Below are positions 25,585-35,708 of a stretch of 64,000 bases of DNA, one piece after another; within the stretch, counting starts at the first letter, position 1, and the number at the start of each line of letters is the position of its first letter. The notes under the pieces were generated by a model. It had not been told where the DNA came from. It saw only the letters and a list, made by a program, of their open reading frames with translations, and made no database searches. Location: the sequence record MW845759.1, one strand, 5' to 3'. The position numbers were made by a program, and so were the translations under genes.

Positions 25585-25968
25585 ATGTTGAAGAAACTCC
25601 TGGTCGTCATGTGTTTATCGCTGTTCAGTTTCTCTAGCCACGCGTTGGCGCTCTCGTTTAAAGAAGTGGCAAGTTGGCCTGAGCCCATGCGTCCGCAGTT
25701 TAAAACCGTCGTAGGAATGAACGACAACAAGGTTGCAATTCAGGCCGGTAGCTTTATGCTGATTCGCGCTTATGCTGGGGATGCTTGTCCTGCGGGGCAG
25801 TATTTCTTAGCGAACCTTGAACTGCGTACCGTCACCGCGGTGGAGATTGGCACCTGTGACGAAGAAGAACTTACCTTCGGCGTGAACAAAGCCAAAGGAA
25901 CCACTACCAATAAATCGATTGATGTGTTTAGCCACGGTGACTTGGCTGCTCGTATTCCGGTCTATTGA
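25585..25968 (+). CDS. Secreted/periplasmic protein
   Basis: Signal peptide MLKKLLVVMCLSLFSFSSHALA; two mature Cys (GDACPA, IGTCD); GAGG RBS. Confidence 0.75.
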   Translation: MLKKLLVVMCLSLFSFSSHALALSFKEVASWPEPMRPQFKTVVGMNDNKVAIQAGSFMLIRAYAGDACPAGQYFLANLELRTVTAVEIGTCDEEELTFGVNKAKGTTTNKSIDVFSHGDLAARIPVY

Positions 25969-25983
25969 TAAAAAAATAAAAGG

Positions 25984-26015
25984 TACACCCCCGGTGGGGG
26001 TGTATTCTTTTTTTT
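25984..26015. terminator. Bidirectional terminator
   Basis: tacaccccc-ggt-gggggtgta flanked by A and T runs. Confidence 0.8.
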
Positions 26016-26020
26016 GTTTC

Positions 26021-28207
26021 TTACAGTCGAGATGGGCCGCCCATGAACGCTGCCACGATACGGGCAGGCGGGGTGTCCATTACGGCGTTGGTGATATTAC
26101 TCACTGACGCAGCAGACTTCCAGCTCATCAACCATTTGTTCCAGTTCATGTTCAGCATCTCAATCCCTTTGGTACGCTGATGTAATGACGCACCACCCAA
26201 CACCGCCATAAAGTCTGAGAACTTGTTATCGTCATCAAACACGGACGGGTCGGTTACCAGCGGCATGTGCATTACACGAGACAGGTCTTTAATGGTCACG
26301 CTGATATCGACACTCAACGGGATACCGTCTTTACGCCAACCCAAGTTACCTACCCCGAAGGTCATACTGACGTTGGTCACCATCGCATTACGGAAAGCAA
26401 AGCGACCACGGGAATAACACTCAAGGTAGAACGGGTGGATGTACGACTGTTTACCGGTCGACAGCGGACAAACTGCTGCAATCCAGAACGCGATAGGTAC
26501 GATGATTTCTTGGAACACGTCCAAGTCGTTACCCGACCAAGCACGCAACGGGATGTTAAGCGTCAGGTCATCGCCCGAGGTGTCAGAGGAATCCCACACT
26601 TCCGGGAAGTCAACCACCGACTGACTGTAGAGTGCGGCCAGTCCGGTTAAGTGCAGCGTATCGAGTGCCCCACCTAACGCCGACTTCACCCCCTCAATTG
26701 CCCCATCGACAAAGTCCGCACCGGTTTTCCCGCCGGAGGTATTGACGTCCAAACTACGGGCGGCCGAGGTCATGCTGTTAACTTTGCCAGAGATTTCCGG
26801 TTCTTTGGTGGAGTTTGACCAACTACGCTGTGTGGTGTCACGTCCATCAATGCGCCATGTAACCCACTGTGCGCCGTCTTGCAGCTCAGACAAGGCTTGG
26901 GTACCGATTTGTGTTTTGAGCTTGTTGACGGCCTCTGCAGCGCCATCTACGAAGCTACCAAACAAGTCACCCATGGATTTCCCGCCGGTTTCATCAGCGT
27001 ACTTCGAAATCTCCTCATCGGTTAAGCCACCGGTCGCCAATTTCTCGACGCCACTGGTGGTCATTACCGGTTCAGGCGCGGCACCGTCTGCTGAAGGGGT
27101 CTGCTGCTGCGTGTAGTTCTGGCGCAGCTGATTCAGGGTACCTTCGGCTTCTGCCGCTTTCGCATCGTCAATCCCTAAATAACCGGCGTTGGATTTGTGG
27201 TACAGTTCCAAATCCGCCAGTGAGACTTCGTACTTCTGCGCTGACTCACGCACCTGCTGGGTATAACGGGCATTACGGTAGAAACGTTCCAGCTTAGCTT
27301 CGACGTCTTCCGTGTTACTGCCATCGTTGTAAATCTGCTCCAGCATGCTCGCCTGATAGTTCGCCAAGGTCTGGTAGCGGTTAATCATCTTGTAGATGTC
27401 AAACTCACCACTCGACTTCCAAATGCCCGGCAACATACCGTACAGGTCTTTACGGTCATTGAAGTATTTGTTCTCTGGCTTATCAATCCCCTTCATCTGC
27501 GCTTGCTGGCGTTTGTCATCGTACACGTTCCACTGTCCTAAGGACTGAATAGGGACGAGGCGGCGATACAAGAGCTGGGTGTTGACGATGTTCTGTACCG
27601 CACGCAAGTACAGGTGCATCGTGGGTCGTACGTAGTAATACTTCGACGACTGTTTGTTCAACACCATTTTGATGATGCGTGGGATAATCAGAATCGCTGC
27701 GAACGCAACAGTACCAGTAGCGGCCCAAATAGCTGCCCCCGTCACCCATGACGCGACGGTACGAATGATACGGGTGTAATCACCGGTACGGGCCAGATAC
27801 GCCAAGTTCGAATCGTACATGTTCGCAAAGAACGCGACGACCCCAAGGTACTTCGGCTTACCGTATCGACAGTGAACGTAGAAGGCGTTCTCTTCAATCG
27901 ACTCCTGATAATAGGTGCCCATCGTGTACGAGCCGACTTCCGCTTGTGCTTGAATCTTCTCTTGTTGGTCCCCGCGTGAGTAGTTAAGCGGGTTAGCAAA
28001 AAGGCCACCTACAGAAGGGTCAGCAAAGCGAGTAAACTGCGGTGGCGCATTGAGCGCTTGGTTACCACCCATGGTCGTATCAGATGATGCGAAGTACGCA
28101 GAACTGTACATTCGCAAGTTACGTAACCGGTTGTCCCCCATTTGCGGCGCCAACCCAAACACGGAACGCACCCAAGATTGGTCCGATAATCTTTCTGTGG
28201 TTGCCAT
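26021..28207 (-). CDS. Virion tail/baseplate hub-type protein (phiKZ gp182-like)
   Basis: 728 aa, immediately downstream of the tape-measure/lysozyme gene; GGAG RBS. Confidence 0.7.
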   Translation of the reverse strand: MATTERLSDQSWVRSVFGLAPQMGDNRLRNLRMYSSAYFASSDTTMGGNQALNAPPQFTRFADPSVGGLFANPLNYSRGDQQEKIQAQAEVGSYTMGTYYQESIEENAFYVHCRYGKPKYLGVVAFFANMYDSNLAYLARTGDYTRIIRTVASWVTGAAIWAATGTVAFAAILIIPRIIKMVLNKQSSKYYYVRPTMHLYLRAVQNIVNTQLLYRRLVPIQSLGQWNVYDDKRQQAQMKGIDKPENKYFNDRKDLYGMLPGIWKSSGEFDIYKMINRYQTLANYQASMLEQIYNDGSNTEDVEAKLERFYRNARYTQQVRESAQKYEVSLADLELYHKSNAGYLGIDDAKAAEAEGTLNQLRQNYTQQQTPSADGAAPEPVMTTSGVEKLATGGLTDEEISKYADETGGKSMGDLFGSFVDGAAEAVNKLKTQIGTQALSELQDGAQWVTWRIDGRDTTQRSWSNSTKEPEISGKVNSMTSAARSLDVNTSGGKTGADFVDGAIEGVKSALGGALDTLHLTGLAALYSQSVVDFPEVWDSSDTSGDDLTLNIPLRAWSGNDLDVFQEIIVPIAFWIAAVCPLSTGKQSYIHPFYLECYSRGRFAFRNAMVTNVSMTFGVGNLGWRKDGIPLSVDISVTIKDLSRVMHMPLVTDPSVFDDDNKFSDFMAVLGGASLHQRTKGIEMLNMNWNKWLMSWKSAASVSNITNAVMDTPPARIVAAFMGGPSRL

Positions 28208-28224
28208 TTTAGACTCCAGTTAAA

Positions 28225-28244
28225 GGGGGAGGTTGCCCTCCCCC
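28225..28244 (-). other. Intra-operon hairpin with a GCAA loop
   Basis: Minus strand gggggagg-gcaa-cctccccc. Confidence 0.7.
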
Positions 28245-28251
28245 AAGATTA

Positions 28252-31200
28252 CTACTGTGTGGTGATACGGTTTGTCGCGATGGTCGGTTCCCCATGCACA
28301 ACTTTTGCACCCGGTGTGGCAGATGGCTGAGCCCCTGCGGTGCGGTTATTTACCCCGCCCATAGACGCTCCACTGGTAACGGCCGTGGCAATCGTAATGA
28401 GTTGCTTCAACATATCGCGCTGAACGTTCAGAGACTGCTGCGGAATGGACAGAGAGTTGTCGTTAACCGACGGCGGTGTCTCAGTTGGCGCTGAAGACAC
28501 TGGGTCGCTGCCGACAGCCGCAGTTTGCGCTGCAGCTTGGTACTTCTCTTTCTGTTCCGGCGACACGGTTGGATACGATTGAGACACGCCTTCTGCCGCG
28601 GTGGACATTGGCTGACTCATATCCGGCGGCGCATCGTTTGCTTTCACCCCAGCAGGGTTAGGCACACTGCTCGCCCCCGCGCTCTCCGCAATGGCTTGAC
28701 CATCACGGGCCCCTTTCTGTTCAATTACCTCATCACGACGCTCGGCGTTCTCTGCCGGAACGTTCCCCATTTCCGGACCCGACAGCGAGGTACTGCCCGG
28801 TGCGAACTGCCGCACGTTCGCTTCAGCAGCCGATACTTTCTGACGCATCAGATTGTAGACCTGTGCAAACGACCGCGGGTTACCCGATTTATCGTAGAAG
28901 ATAGATGGGTTCGCTGTCGCTGCTTTCGGCATGGCTGCGGCCGCACTTCCGTTAGGGTTTTGACGCATCGCATTCAAGAACTGCGATACCCCGCCCGCCC
29001 CTAAGAAGTGGTGCATGTAGATAGACGTGGCCGATGGGTCTGAACCTGTCTTCTGCTTAACCACCGAGTGGCCTTCTTTCAGGTACAGCGCTCCCAGAAT
29101 GGCGTTCGCTACCGGGTCTTTTGGCGAAGTCCCTGCAGGTATGCCATACTGGTTGGCGTAACGCTTCATCATGTCATCCCACGTACCAGATGTGAACTGG
29201 AACAGACCGGTTGCACTCGAGCCTTTGGCTTTAATGCTTGGGTTCATCCCCGATTCAATCATCGCGATAGTCAAGCCGAGTAATGGCGGAATCCCCACTA
29301 AACGACAGGCCGCGGTAATGATGTCCTGAATCGAACGGCCGGACTGACGGATAGACATGTAGTCGCCTTGTCCGCCCTCGCCCATGGTGAGTCCTTGGTC
29401 ACGCATAAACGCATCGTTACCAATGTCAGGCACACTACCGCCTGTCACCCCACCATTCCCACTGATACCGGTATTGGCTGCACTGATGGTATTACTGACG
29501 TTATTACGCAGTGCATCCGCGCTACCCCCGGTTTGGTCAGAGTTGTACATCGACGAGTCGAGACGCTCACGTTCCCCACCACCTCCGTTCTCGTATACCT
29601 TCCCGCCTTTCGACCCCATTCGTTTTGCCAGCGATTTGGCATCAAGCACGTTGCGAATAGCCATGTCTGCTTTCTTCGACAACTCTTTTAAAGTTGCGAG
29701 CTCGTCAGTAATGGTACCTGCATCATCATTCGCTGGACCACCGAACGGGTTAATTGGGATGGTCCATACCGACTCTTTAAAGCCGTTACGGTCAGCCTGT
29801 GCACGCGAGGTCATTAAAGCCACTTCGTACAGATAGCCACCACTCAGTACCAGACGGTTCGGGTTAGCAGCCGGCGCATATCGCGCAACCGCCAGCACAT
29901 ACGTCACGTACGCCGGGAGGAAACGGAAGGTGAACCATGTCACCAAGTCACTCTTACGGTTGGTTTGCATTACACCCGGAACGAGACCGTTAAGCAGGTT
30001 CTCAATCTTGCCTTCAAACTTCCCACTGCGTTTATCAATACACGGTAACACCGCATCTTCAAACAGCAGCAGGGATTTCACCTGAGCAGGCTCAAGGGTT
30101 TTCAGACCGTACGTTTTCAGACGTACCGATTGCAGCGCATCCAAGTCTTTCTTCTGCGCTTGTACCTGTTCAACTTGCATCTCGATAATGTCGGTTGATT
30201 TCCCGTCACCATCTTTGACCTCGTTCTCTTTGCGTTTCTCATCGTCTTTACGAATCTCAGCGAACTGATCAGAGACCGCTGTGGATTCTTTGATGAACGT
30301 CTCTTTGTTCGCTAAACGTTTGATACGGTCGGCGCGACGTTCACGGCGACGTTTAATGTCGCTTTCAACCTCTTTCTGTACACTGATAACTTCATCGGCG
30401 TTTAACAGGTCAGGGTCGCTGAACGTCACCGCATCCCACGTTTTCGACATCCAACCGCGGTCCACTTTACGTGGGTCGGTCAAAGTCTTCAGGAACGGCG
30501 AGTCTTTGTCCAATGCCAATTTACCGAAGAGGGTTTTCATGTCCTCTTTGGAAACTTTCTTATCATCGCCCAAATCTTCTAAGCGAGGAGCCGATTGTAA
30601 TTGACGAATGGCCGTTAACCAACGTAAATAAATAGGAATGAAACGCTGTTGAGCAAAGGCGTGGAACGCAATCAGTTCCCCTTTGTTTTCCGGGTCAATA
30701 CCAAAGCCGACCGAGACCTTCTCGGCCTCTTGCGCACTCAGACCACGCAGAGAAGCTTCACCGTTGGCCGCGAACGCCACGTACTTGCGCAGCTGGTCTT
30801 CCAGATACTTCGCTTTCGCGCCGTCATCAGATGACCACAGGTCGTAGTCACGGAAGCCGTACTGCGCTAAACGCATGCGGTCGAGATAACGGGTGGGTTC
30901 ACGGGTTGCGAGTTTATACGCACCCCACAGTGCAGCACCGGCCGCAGCAACACCCAGAATGACCGGCCAACCTACGGCGGTCACAATGGCACTGCCCGCA
31001 GCTAACGCCCCACGTCCCAACCACGCTAATGGTGAGAGTAACGCCCCGCCAATCTTCGTTGCCGCTTTCCATGCCCCACCCAAGGCAAACTTGGAGACGA
31101 TTTTGGTCAGGCCCCAAATCCCTTTGCTGAGTCCAGAGATGGCTGTCCACAGGCCACCCATGATAGTCATGAGCATACCTTTACCGCCTTCCTCTTTCTT

Positions 31201-34200
31201 ACCGAACAGTCCTGAGAAGAACCCTTTCTTCTTCTCGCCGTCTTCCCGCTGTTCTTTACGACGACGGAACCAACGGAAGTAGTCACGCTTCTCCCCATCC
31301 TTGTTGAATTTCACACGTTGTCCAAACTTACTGAACATTCCGCGGAGCATTCCTTCCGGCATCCCGGCTTCCTCTGAAGATTGGCGCATGGTGTTGAACC
31401 ATGAAGCTTCAGAGATATCGACCAGACGGGTGAGTTTCGCGAGAATACCCTCAGACTTCTTCGGCCCCACAAAATCATCAGAACGGGAATGACGCCATGC
31501 GTCTAACCGTCCTTTCGCCCCATCGAGATAACCCCCGATCCCCCCTTTCACACGACCGGCCCGTTGACCCAGTCGTTTCAGAATACCGTGTGTTTGACGC
31601 CGCGGTCCCATGAAGTCATCGGAGTTCTCGTAACGCAGTGCCCCCATACGGCCCCGGAAGCGGTCAGCCAAGTTAGCCAAATCCTCATCCAAATCTTGGC
31701 GGATTAGTTTCGGATTGATTTTTCCTTTGGCCATCAAACGTTCACGATAATATTCAGCAACATCATCGTCACGCCCTTCCAGTGACTCGAGGATACGTTG
31801 TTTGGTTTCATCGTCGAACCGGTCTGGACGGTAGGAATCGATTGCCCCGCGCACACGCCCTGCAAAGCCCTGACCTTTTGCTTTCGCCCGGTTAAACCAG
31901 CCTGAGTTGCCAACCTTATCACGGAAAGCCACCCCTTCACGTTGCGCCCGTCGGCGCGCAATGCGGGCAAGCCTTCTCGCACGTTGGAGCACCTCTTTGG
32001 CACGCTTACCGTTAGCGCCCGGCTCCTCACCCATCTCCTTAATCCAGCTCTCGTCTTCCGGTTCCCCGGTCATCCGCGTATTCAGGAGTTTGTAGATACG
32101 GATAAGGATATGATTGGTCTTCTTCGCAGGCCCACCACCAAAGATGGTGTTGTTGCGGAACCAGCCGTTGTTGTCCCCACTGCCAGAGTCTTTGTTCAGC
32201 CATCGGGTAATGAAGTTGTCACCGAGGGATTTCTTAACCCCTGTGACCCACTTGCTATTACGGATGCGATTGTTCATGCCACGCACGTAACCGGGTATCT
32301 TACTCAGCTTATCCAAAGCGAAACGACCTACCCCGGTTATACGCCCCACCATGCGTCCCAGCGGTGTGCGCACGGCGCGACCCCAACGGTCAACCAGTTT
32401 AAAGTTAGGGTTAGCGACTTCAGCCTCGCTGATAATCACATCACCTTTCCGGTTAACCACAGCGCCTGTAATATCATCCGGACGGTAGATGACCTTCCCG
32501 CCCTTTTGCAGCATGTACTCGCCTTCACGCATCATATTCGCACGAATACGAGGACTCTGCTCATTCCCGACGTACATGTCAGGGTAGTTGGTGAACCAGT
32601 CTTTGCCGCGCTTAGCAATATTGCCTACACCGCCAAAACCTTTCCCCAGTCCTGTGACCAGCTTGTTAGCCAGCCCCCCGACCTTCGACCCCAGCACCTC
32701 TGTGACTTTCCACCACCGTCCACCTTTGTAGTAAGACAGTTCCCCGCCAGCTTGTAGGGTTTGTTTGGTGACCACCACTTTCCCGTCTGGGTCGTAGATG
32801 TTCCCATTAAGGTTGATGTCGTCGATTTTGTAGACGGCTTTAGTGACGTTGTTAATCTTCTGGAAATACTGCCCATTTTTGAGCTTGTTCCCTTCCAATA
32901 CCACATCGCCGTTAGAGTTGTAGATGTCTCGTGCACCGATGGCGGCTTTCGCCATTGCCCCGACACCCCGGAAACCTGACAACACCCCGTCCTTACCAAA
33001 CTTCAGGGCTTTCGAGAAGAAGCCCGGACCTTCCGCCCCGAACATCTTATCACCGAGCGATCGCAGCCCACGGTAGCCGCCACGGATACCACGGCCAATC
33101 CCTTCAACCCCTTTACCGGCTGTCTCGCCCATCAGACCGAACCATTGACTAATCAGTCCACCGGTACGGTGTAAGGCAATGCGACGGCGTTTAGCACGAC
33201 GCTTCGCCCGACGGCGACGAGAGTTACGCTGGTCACTGGTCTCCCCGCTTCCGTCTTCGTCCGGACCCTCATCAACGTAGTCCGGTTCACCGGAGTTAAG
33301 GAGAATCCCTTGCTCGTCCATCGACTTCACATGCTCGAGGATTTGCTGAACCAAGTCTTTGCTGGAATGCATGCGGATGGCTTCGACAATCGCCTCACTA
33401 CCGCCGGCACCTGTGCCGCTCTCCTGACTTAAGGCGCGCTCACGCATCAAGGTTGGGAAGTTGGTCATCTCCCCGCCATACAGTATCCCGGAGAGTTCCT
33501 GCACAGACAGGCCGATGCCACCGCCTTTGCTCGGACGTCCTTTCTGTCGTTTGCCTTTGCCTTTCGGTCCGCTGCCGGCACCTAAGTCTTCGCCCGAACT
33601 ACCAAAGCGGTTGCGCAGTAAATCGCCTAAGGCCGAACCGTTTCCTAACTTACGGGCAATCTCTTGCTCACGGGAGAGGGAACGGCCGGATTTGGTTTTA
33701 CCGCTTTCCAGCGTGCCAAAGGTAGTATAGATGTCAGTCAAGTCCCCATCGGGAACCAGCTCATCTTTAATCGGGTCATAACGGAAGAGACCGGAATCAA
33801 TCAATGCCCTGTCGCCGTAAATGGCGCGGGCTTCTTCCACACGTTTCTGATAAGACGTGGCACCCGCACGCAACCCTCTCATCTCTGAGTTGATTTTGTT
33901 CGAGAACTCCGCCGCACCGCCGGTCCCGTTCGACTGTTTCTGAATCAGGTCTTTCACCTTCATCGTGCCTTCAGCACCCATGAAGCGACCGAGCACATGG
34001 TCGTCTTTCAATAAGGCTTCGGCATTGAACTCACGGGCCGTGGAGATACGGTCTTCTAAGAAGGCACCGAGTTTCTGGCGCTGGTCATTGGTCATTGACT
34101 TGTCAGTATCGAACATGTCAATCACTTCGTTGATACGGGTACGTTGACGCTCACGCTGTGCATCGGCTGCAACGTGTTTACGCACACGGTTACCGACCAC

Positions 34201-35685
34201 TTTCTTGTCCACGAAGCCGCGGGTCGTCAAGTCGTAGGTTTGGTTAACCGTTTCACCGTAACCCCAACGAATGGAGCGGTTGATTTCTGCCAGCCATGCC
34301 GGGATGACCTCGTTAATAGAGAGCCATGTACGGCGGTCGAACTTCGCGACCCCGGCCAGCATCTCCCCATCACGTCCGCCGATGTCAATTTTCTCACGTT
34401 TGTAGCTCGGGGCAATACCCAGCTCATTCATGACTTTAAAGACATTCCCTAACCCGGACTCGCGCTCACCTGAAATCGCAGAGTTCGCAATCATCGGCAG
34501 GTTCATCAGGTTATACGCCGCACGGTTAGCAAACGTATTCGCGCCCTGATGGTCCTCTAAGCGACCGCGCACCTTGCCGAGCATCTTATCACGCAGGGGG
34601 TTGATGAAGCGCTTAGAGAGGTAGCCCACGCCCAACCCGACCCCTTTCTGAGTCAAGTTAGATTTTTGCTTATCCGGGGAGAGTTCCGACTGGTCGTCCA
34701 GGTCCATGTCGTCTTCAACCATTGACCCCATGAGCATATCGGAAAGGCCACGACCTTCTGTGAGCACATTCGATATCTTTTTCTTCATGTTGTCACGGAC
34801 TTGCTCAATGAACGTCTCCGCATAGCGAGCGGGGGAAATCCACTCGGCTATCTTACGTTTCATTAAGGCCCCGGTAATCTCACCAAACTCTTCTTTGGCG
34901 TAGTCCGGTAACGCCGTGTTTTTCACGATGGCTTCGAGAGCCGGCGTGTTACGGTCGAACTCGGACTGCTTGAGTTTGGCGATATCCTGCAACGCAAACA
35001 GCTGACGGTAGGACAGCTCTAACTGTTTACGCTGGACATTAATCATCACCCCTTTCTGCAGATTGGTGGTGAGGCGAATGTCTTTGGCAATCTGAATCAG
35101 GATGCTCTGATTCTGGTCACCTTTCATGGTTTCGATGGTGTTACGCAGTTTGTCTTCTACTGCGTCTTCTTGCATCTCCCGCTGTTCAGCTTGTGACTGC
35201 GGGGCATCACCCCCGCCACTGAACACATCCGACATCATGCGATCGATGGCCGCTTGCTGAGGATCGTAGTCTGGACCGCCTTGACCGAGGTCGACGTTCT
35301 TTGCCCATTTCTCTACCGGATTAACCAACATCTTCGGCAGATACTTGCGCATCGTCGGAACCATCTGACGCGTCTGCATTTTCAGCGCGCGTTCAGTCTT
35401 GACAAGCTCCTCTTTTGTATGAGAGAAGACGTCCGACGCAGCGTCCGCGACATTTTTATAGCCTTCGTACGCATCCTCGGTTGCCTTCGGCATCCCCTTC
35501 ATGATTATGCGGGTACGTTCACCATCAGGGAAAACCGAATCGAGCGCAGACTTCCTCGCGGTACGCGCGGTGTCTAATATTGGATTGCGACTCTTCCCGT
35601 TTTGTTGACGGGGCGGTTCGTCGAAATCATCGAAGTCGTCCATGTTGTCGAGATCGATATCGTCAATACCATTTTTCTTTGCCAT
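28252..35685 (-). CDS. Tail tape-measure protein with a C-terminal lytic transglycosylase (phiKZ gp181-like)
   Basis: 2477 aa; SLT motifs IAMIESGMNP, ATGLFQFT, NAILGALYL; divergent from the RNAP genes as in phiKZ. Confidence 0.9.
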   Translation of the reverse strand: MAKKNGIDDIDLDNMDDFDDFDEPPRQQNGKSRNPILDTARTARKSALDSVFPDGERTRIIMKGMPKATEDAYEGYKNVADAASDVFSHTKEELVKTERALKMQTRQMVPTMRKYLPKMLVNPVEKWAKNVDLGQGGPDYDPQQAAIDRMMSDVFSGGGDAPQSQAEQREMQEDAVEDKLRNTIETMKGDQNQSILIQIAKDIRLTTNLQKGVMINVQRKQLELSYRQLFALQDIAKLKQSEFDRNTPALEAIVKNTALPDYAKEEFGEITGALMKRKIAEWISPARYAETFIEQVRDNMKKKISNVLTEGRGLSDMLMGSMVEDDMDLDDQSELSPDKQKSNLTQKGVGLGVGYLSKRFINPLRDKMLGKVRGRLEDHQGANTFANRAAYNLMNLPMIANSAISGERESGLGNVFKVMNELGIAPSYKREKIDIGGRDGEMLAGVAKFDRRTWLSINEVIPAWLAEINRSIRWGYGETVNQTYDLTTRGFVDKKVVGNRVRKHVAADAQRERQRTRINEVIDMFDTDKSMTNDQRQKLGAFLEDRISTAREFNAEALLKDDHVLGRFMGAEGTMKVKDLIQKQSNGTGGAAEFSNKINSEMRGLRAGATSYQKRVEEARAIYGDRALIDSGLFRYDPIKDELVPDGDLTDIYTTFGTLESGKTKSGRSLSREQEIARKLGNGSALGDLLRNRFGSSGEDLGAGSGPKGKGKRQKGRPSKGGGIGLSVQELSGILYGGEMTNFPTLMRERALSQESGTGAGGSEAIVEAIRMHSSKDLVQQILEHVKSMDEQGILLNSGEPDYVDEGPDEDGSGETSDQRNSRRRRAKRRAKRRRIALHRTGGLISQWFGLMGETAGKGVEGIGRGIRGGYRGLRSLGDKMFGAEGPGFFSKALKFGKDGVLSGFRGVGAMAKAAIGARDIYNSNGDVVLEGNKLKNGQYFQKINNVTKAVYKIDDINLNGNIYDPDGKVVVTKQTLQAGGELSYYKGGRWWKVTEVLGSKVGGLANKLVTGLGKGFGGVGNIAKRGKDWFTNYPDMYVGNEQSPRIRANMMREGEYMLQKGGKVIYRPDDITGAVVNRKGDVIISEAEVANPNFKLVDRWGRAVRTPLGRMVGRITGVGRFALDKLSKIPGYVRGMNNRIRNSKWVTGVKKSLGDNFITRWLNKDSGSGDNNGWFRNNTIFGGGPAKKTNHILIRIYKLLNTRMTGEPEDESWIKEMGEEPGANGKRAKEVLQRARRLARIARRRAQREGVAFRDKVGNSGWFNRAKAKGQGFAGRVRGAIDSYRPDRFDDETKQRILESLEGRDDDVAEYYRERLMAKGKINPKLIRQDLDEDLANLADRFRGRMGALRYENSDDFMGPRRQTHGILKRLGQRAGRVKGGIGGYLDGAKGRLDAWRHSRSDDFVGPKKSEGILAKLTRLVDISEASWFNTMRQSSEEAGMPEGMLRGMFSKFGQRVKFNKDGEKRDYFRWFRRRKEQREDGEKKKGFFSGLFGKKEEGGKGMLMTIMGGLWTAISGLSKGIWGLTKIVSKFALGGAWKAATKIGGALLSPLAWLGRGALAAGSAIVTAVGWPVILGVAAAGAALWGAYKLATREPTRYLDRMRLAQYGFRDYDLWSSDDGAKAKYLEDQLRKYVAFAANGEASLRGLSAQEAEKVSVGFGIDPENKGELIAFHAFAQQRFIPIYLRWLTAIRQLQSAPRLEDLGDDKKVSKEDMKTLFGKLALDKDSPFLKTLTDPRKVDRGWMSKTWDAVTFSDPDLLNADEVISVQKEVESDIKRRRERRADRIKRLANKETFIKESTAVSDQFAEIRKDDEKRKENEVKDGDGKSTDIIEMQVEQVQAQKKDLDALQSVRLKTYGLKTLEPAQVKSLLLFEDAVLPCIDKRSGKFEGKIENLLNGLVPGVMQTNRKSDLVTWFTFRFLPAYVTYVLAVARYAPAANPNRLVLSGGYLYEVALMTSRAQADRNGFKESVWTIPINPFGGPANDDAGTITDELATLKELSKKADMAIRNVLDAKSLAKRMGSKGGKVYENGGGGERERLDSSMYNSDQTGGSADALRNNVSNTISAANTGISGNGGVTGGSVPDIGNDAFMRDQGLTMGEGGQGDYMSIRQSGRSIQDIITAACRLVGIPPLLGLTIAMIESGMNPSIKAKGSSATGLFQFTSGTWDDMMKRYANQYGIPAGTSPKDPVANAILGALYLKEGHSVVKQKTGSDPSATSIYMHHFLGAGGVSQFLNAMRQNPNGSAAAAMPKAATANPSIFYDKSGNPRSFAQVYNLMRQKVSAAEANVRQFAPGSTSLSGPEMGNVPAENAERRDEVIEQKGARDGQAIAESAGASSVPNPAGVKANDAPPDMSQPMSTAAEGVSQSYPTVSPEQKEKYQAAAQTAAVGSDPVSSAPTETPPSVNDNSLSIPQQSLNVQRDMLKQLITIATAVTSGASMGGVNNRTAGAQPSATPGAKVVHGEPTIATNRITTQ

Positions 35686-35708
35686 AACGATTTTCCGTGG
35701 AGTAGACA

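Noticed and set aside
28294-35577. Many + strand ORFs opposite the tape-measure gene (e.g. 31942..32757, 271 aa; 29384..29836)
   Set aside because: Antisense shadows of a codon-biased long CDS, with no RBS context and unnatural composition.
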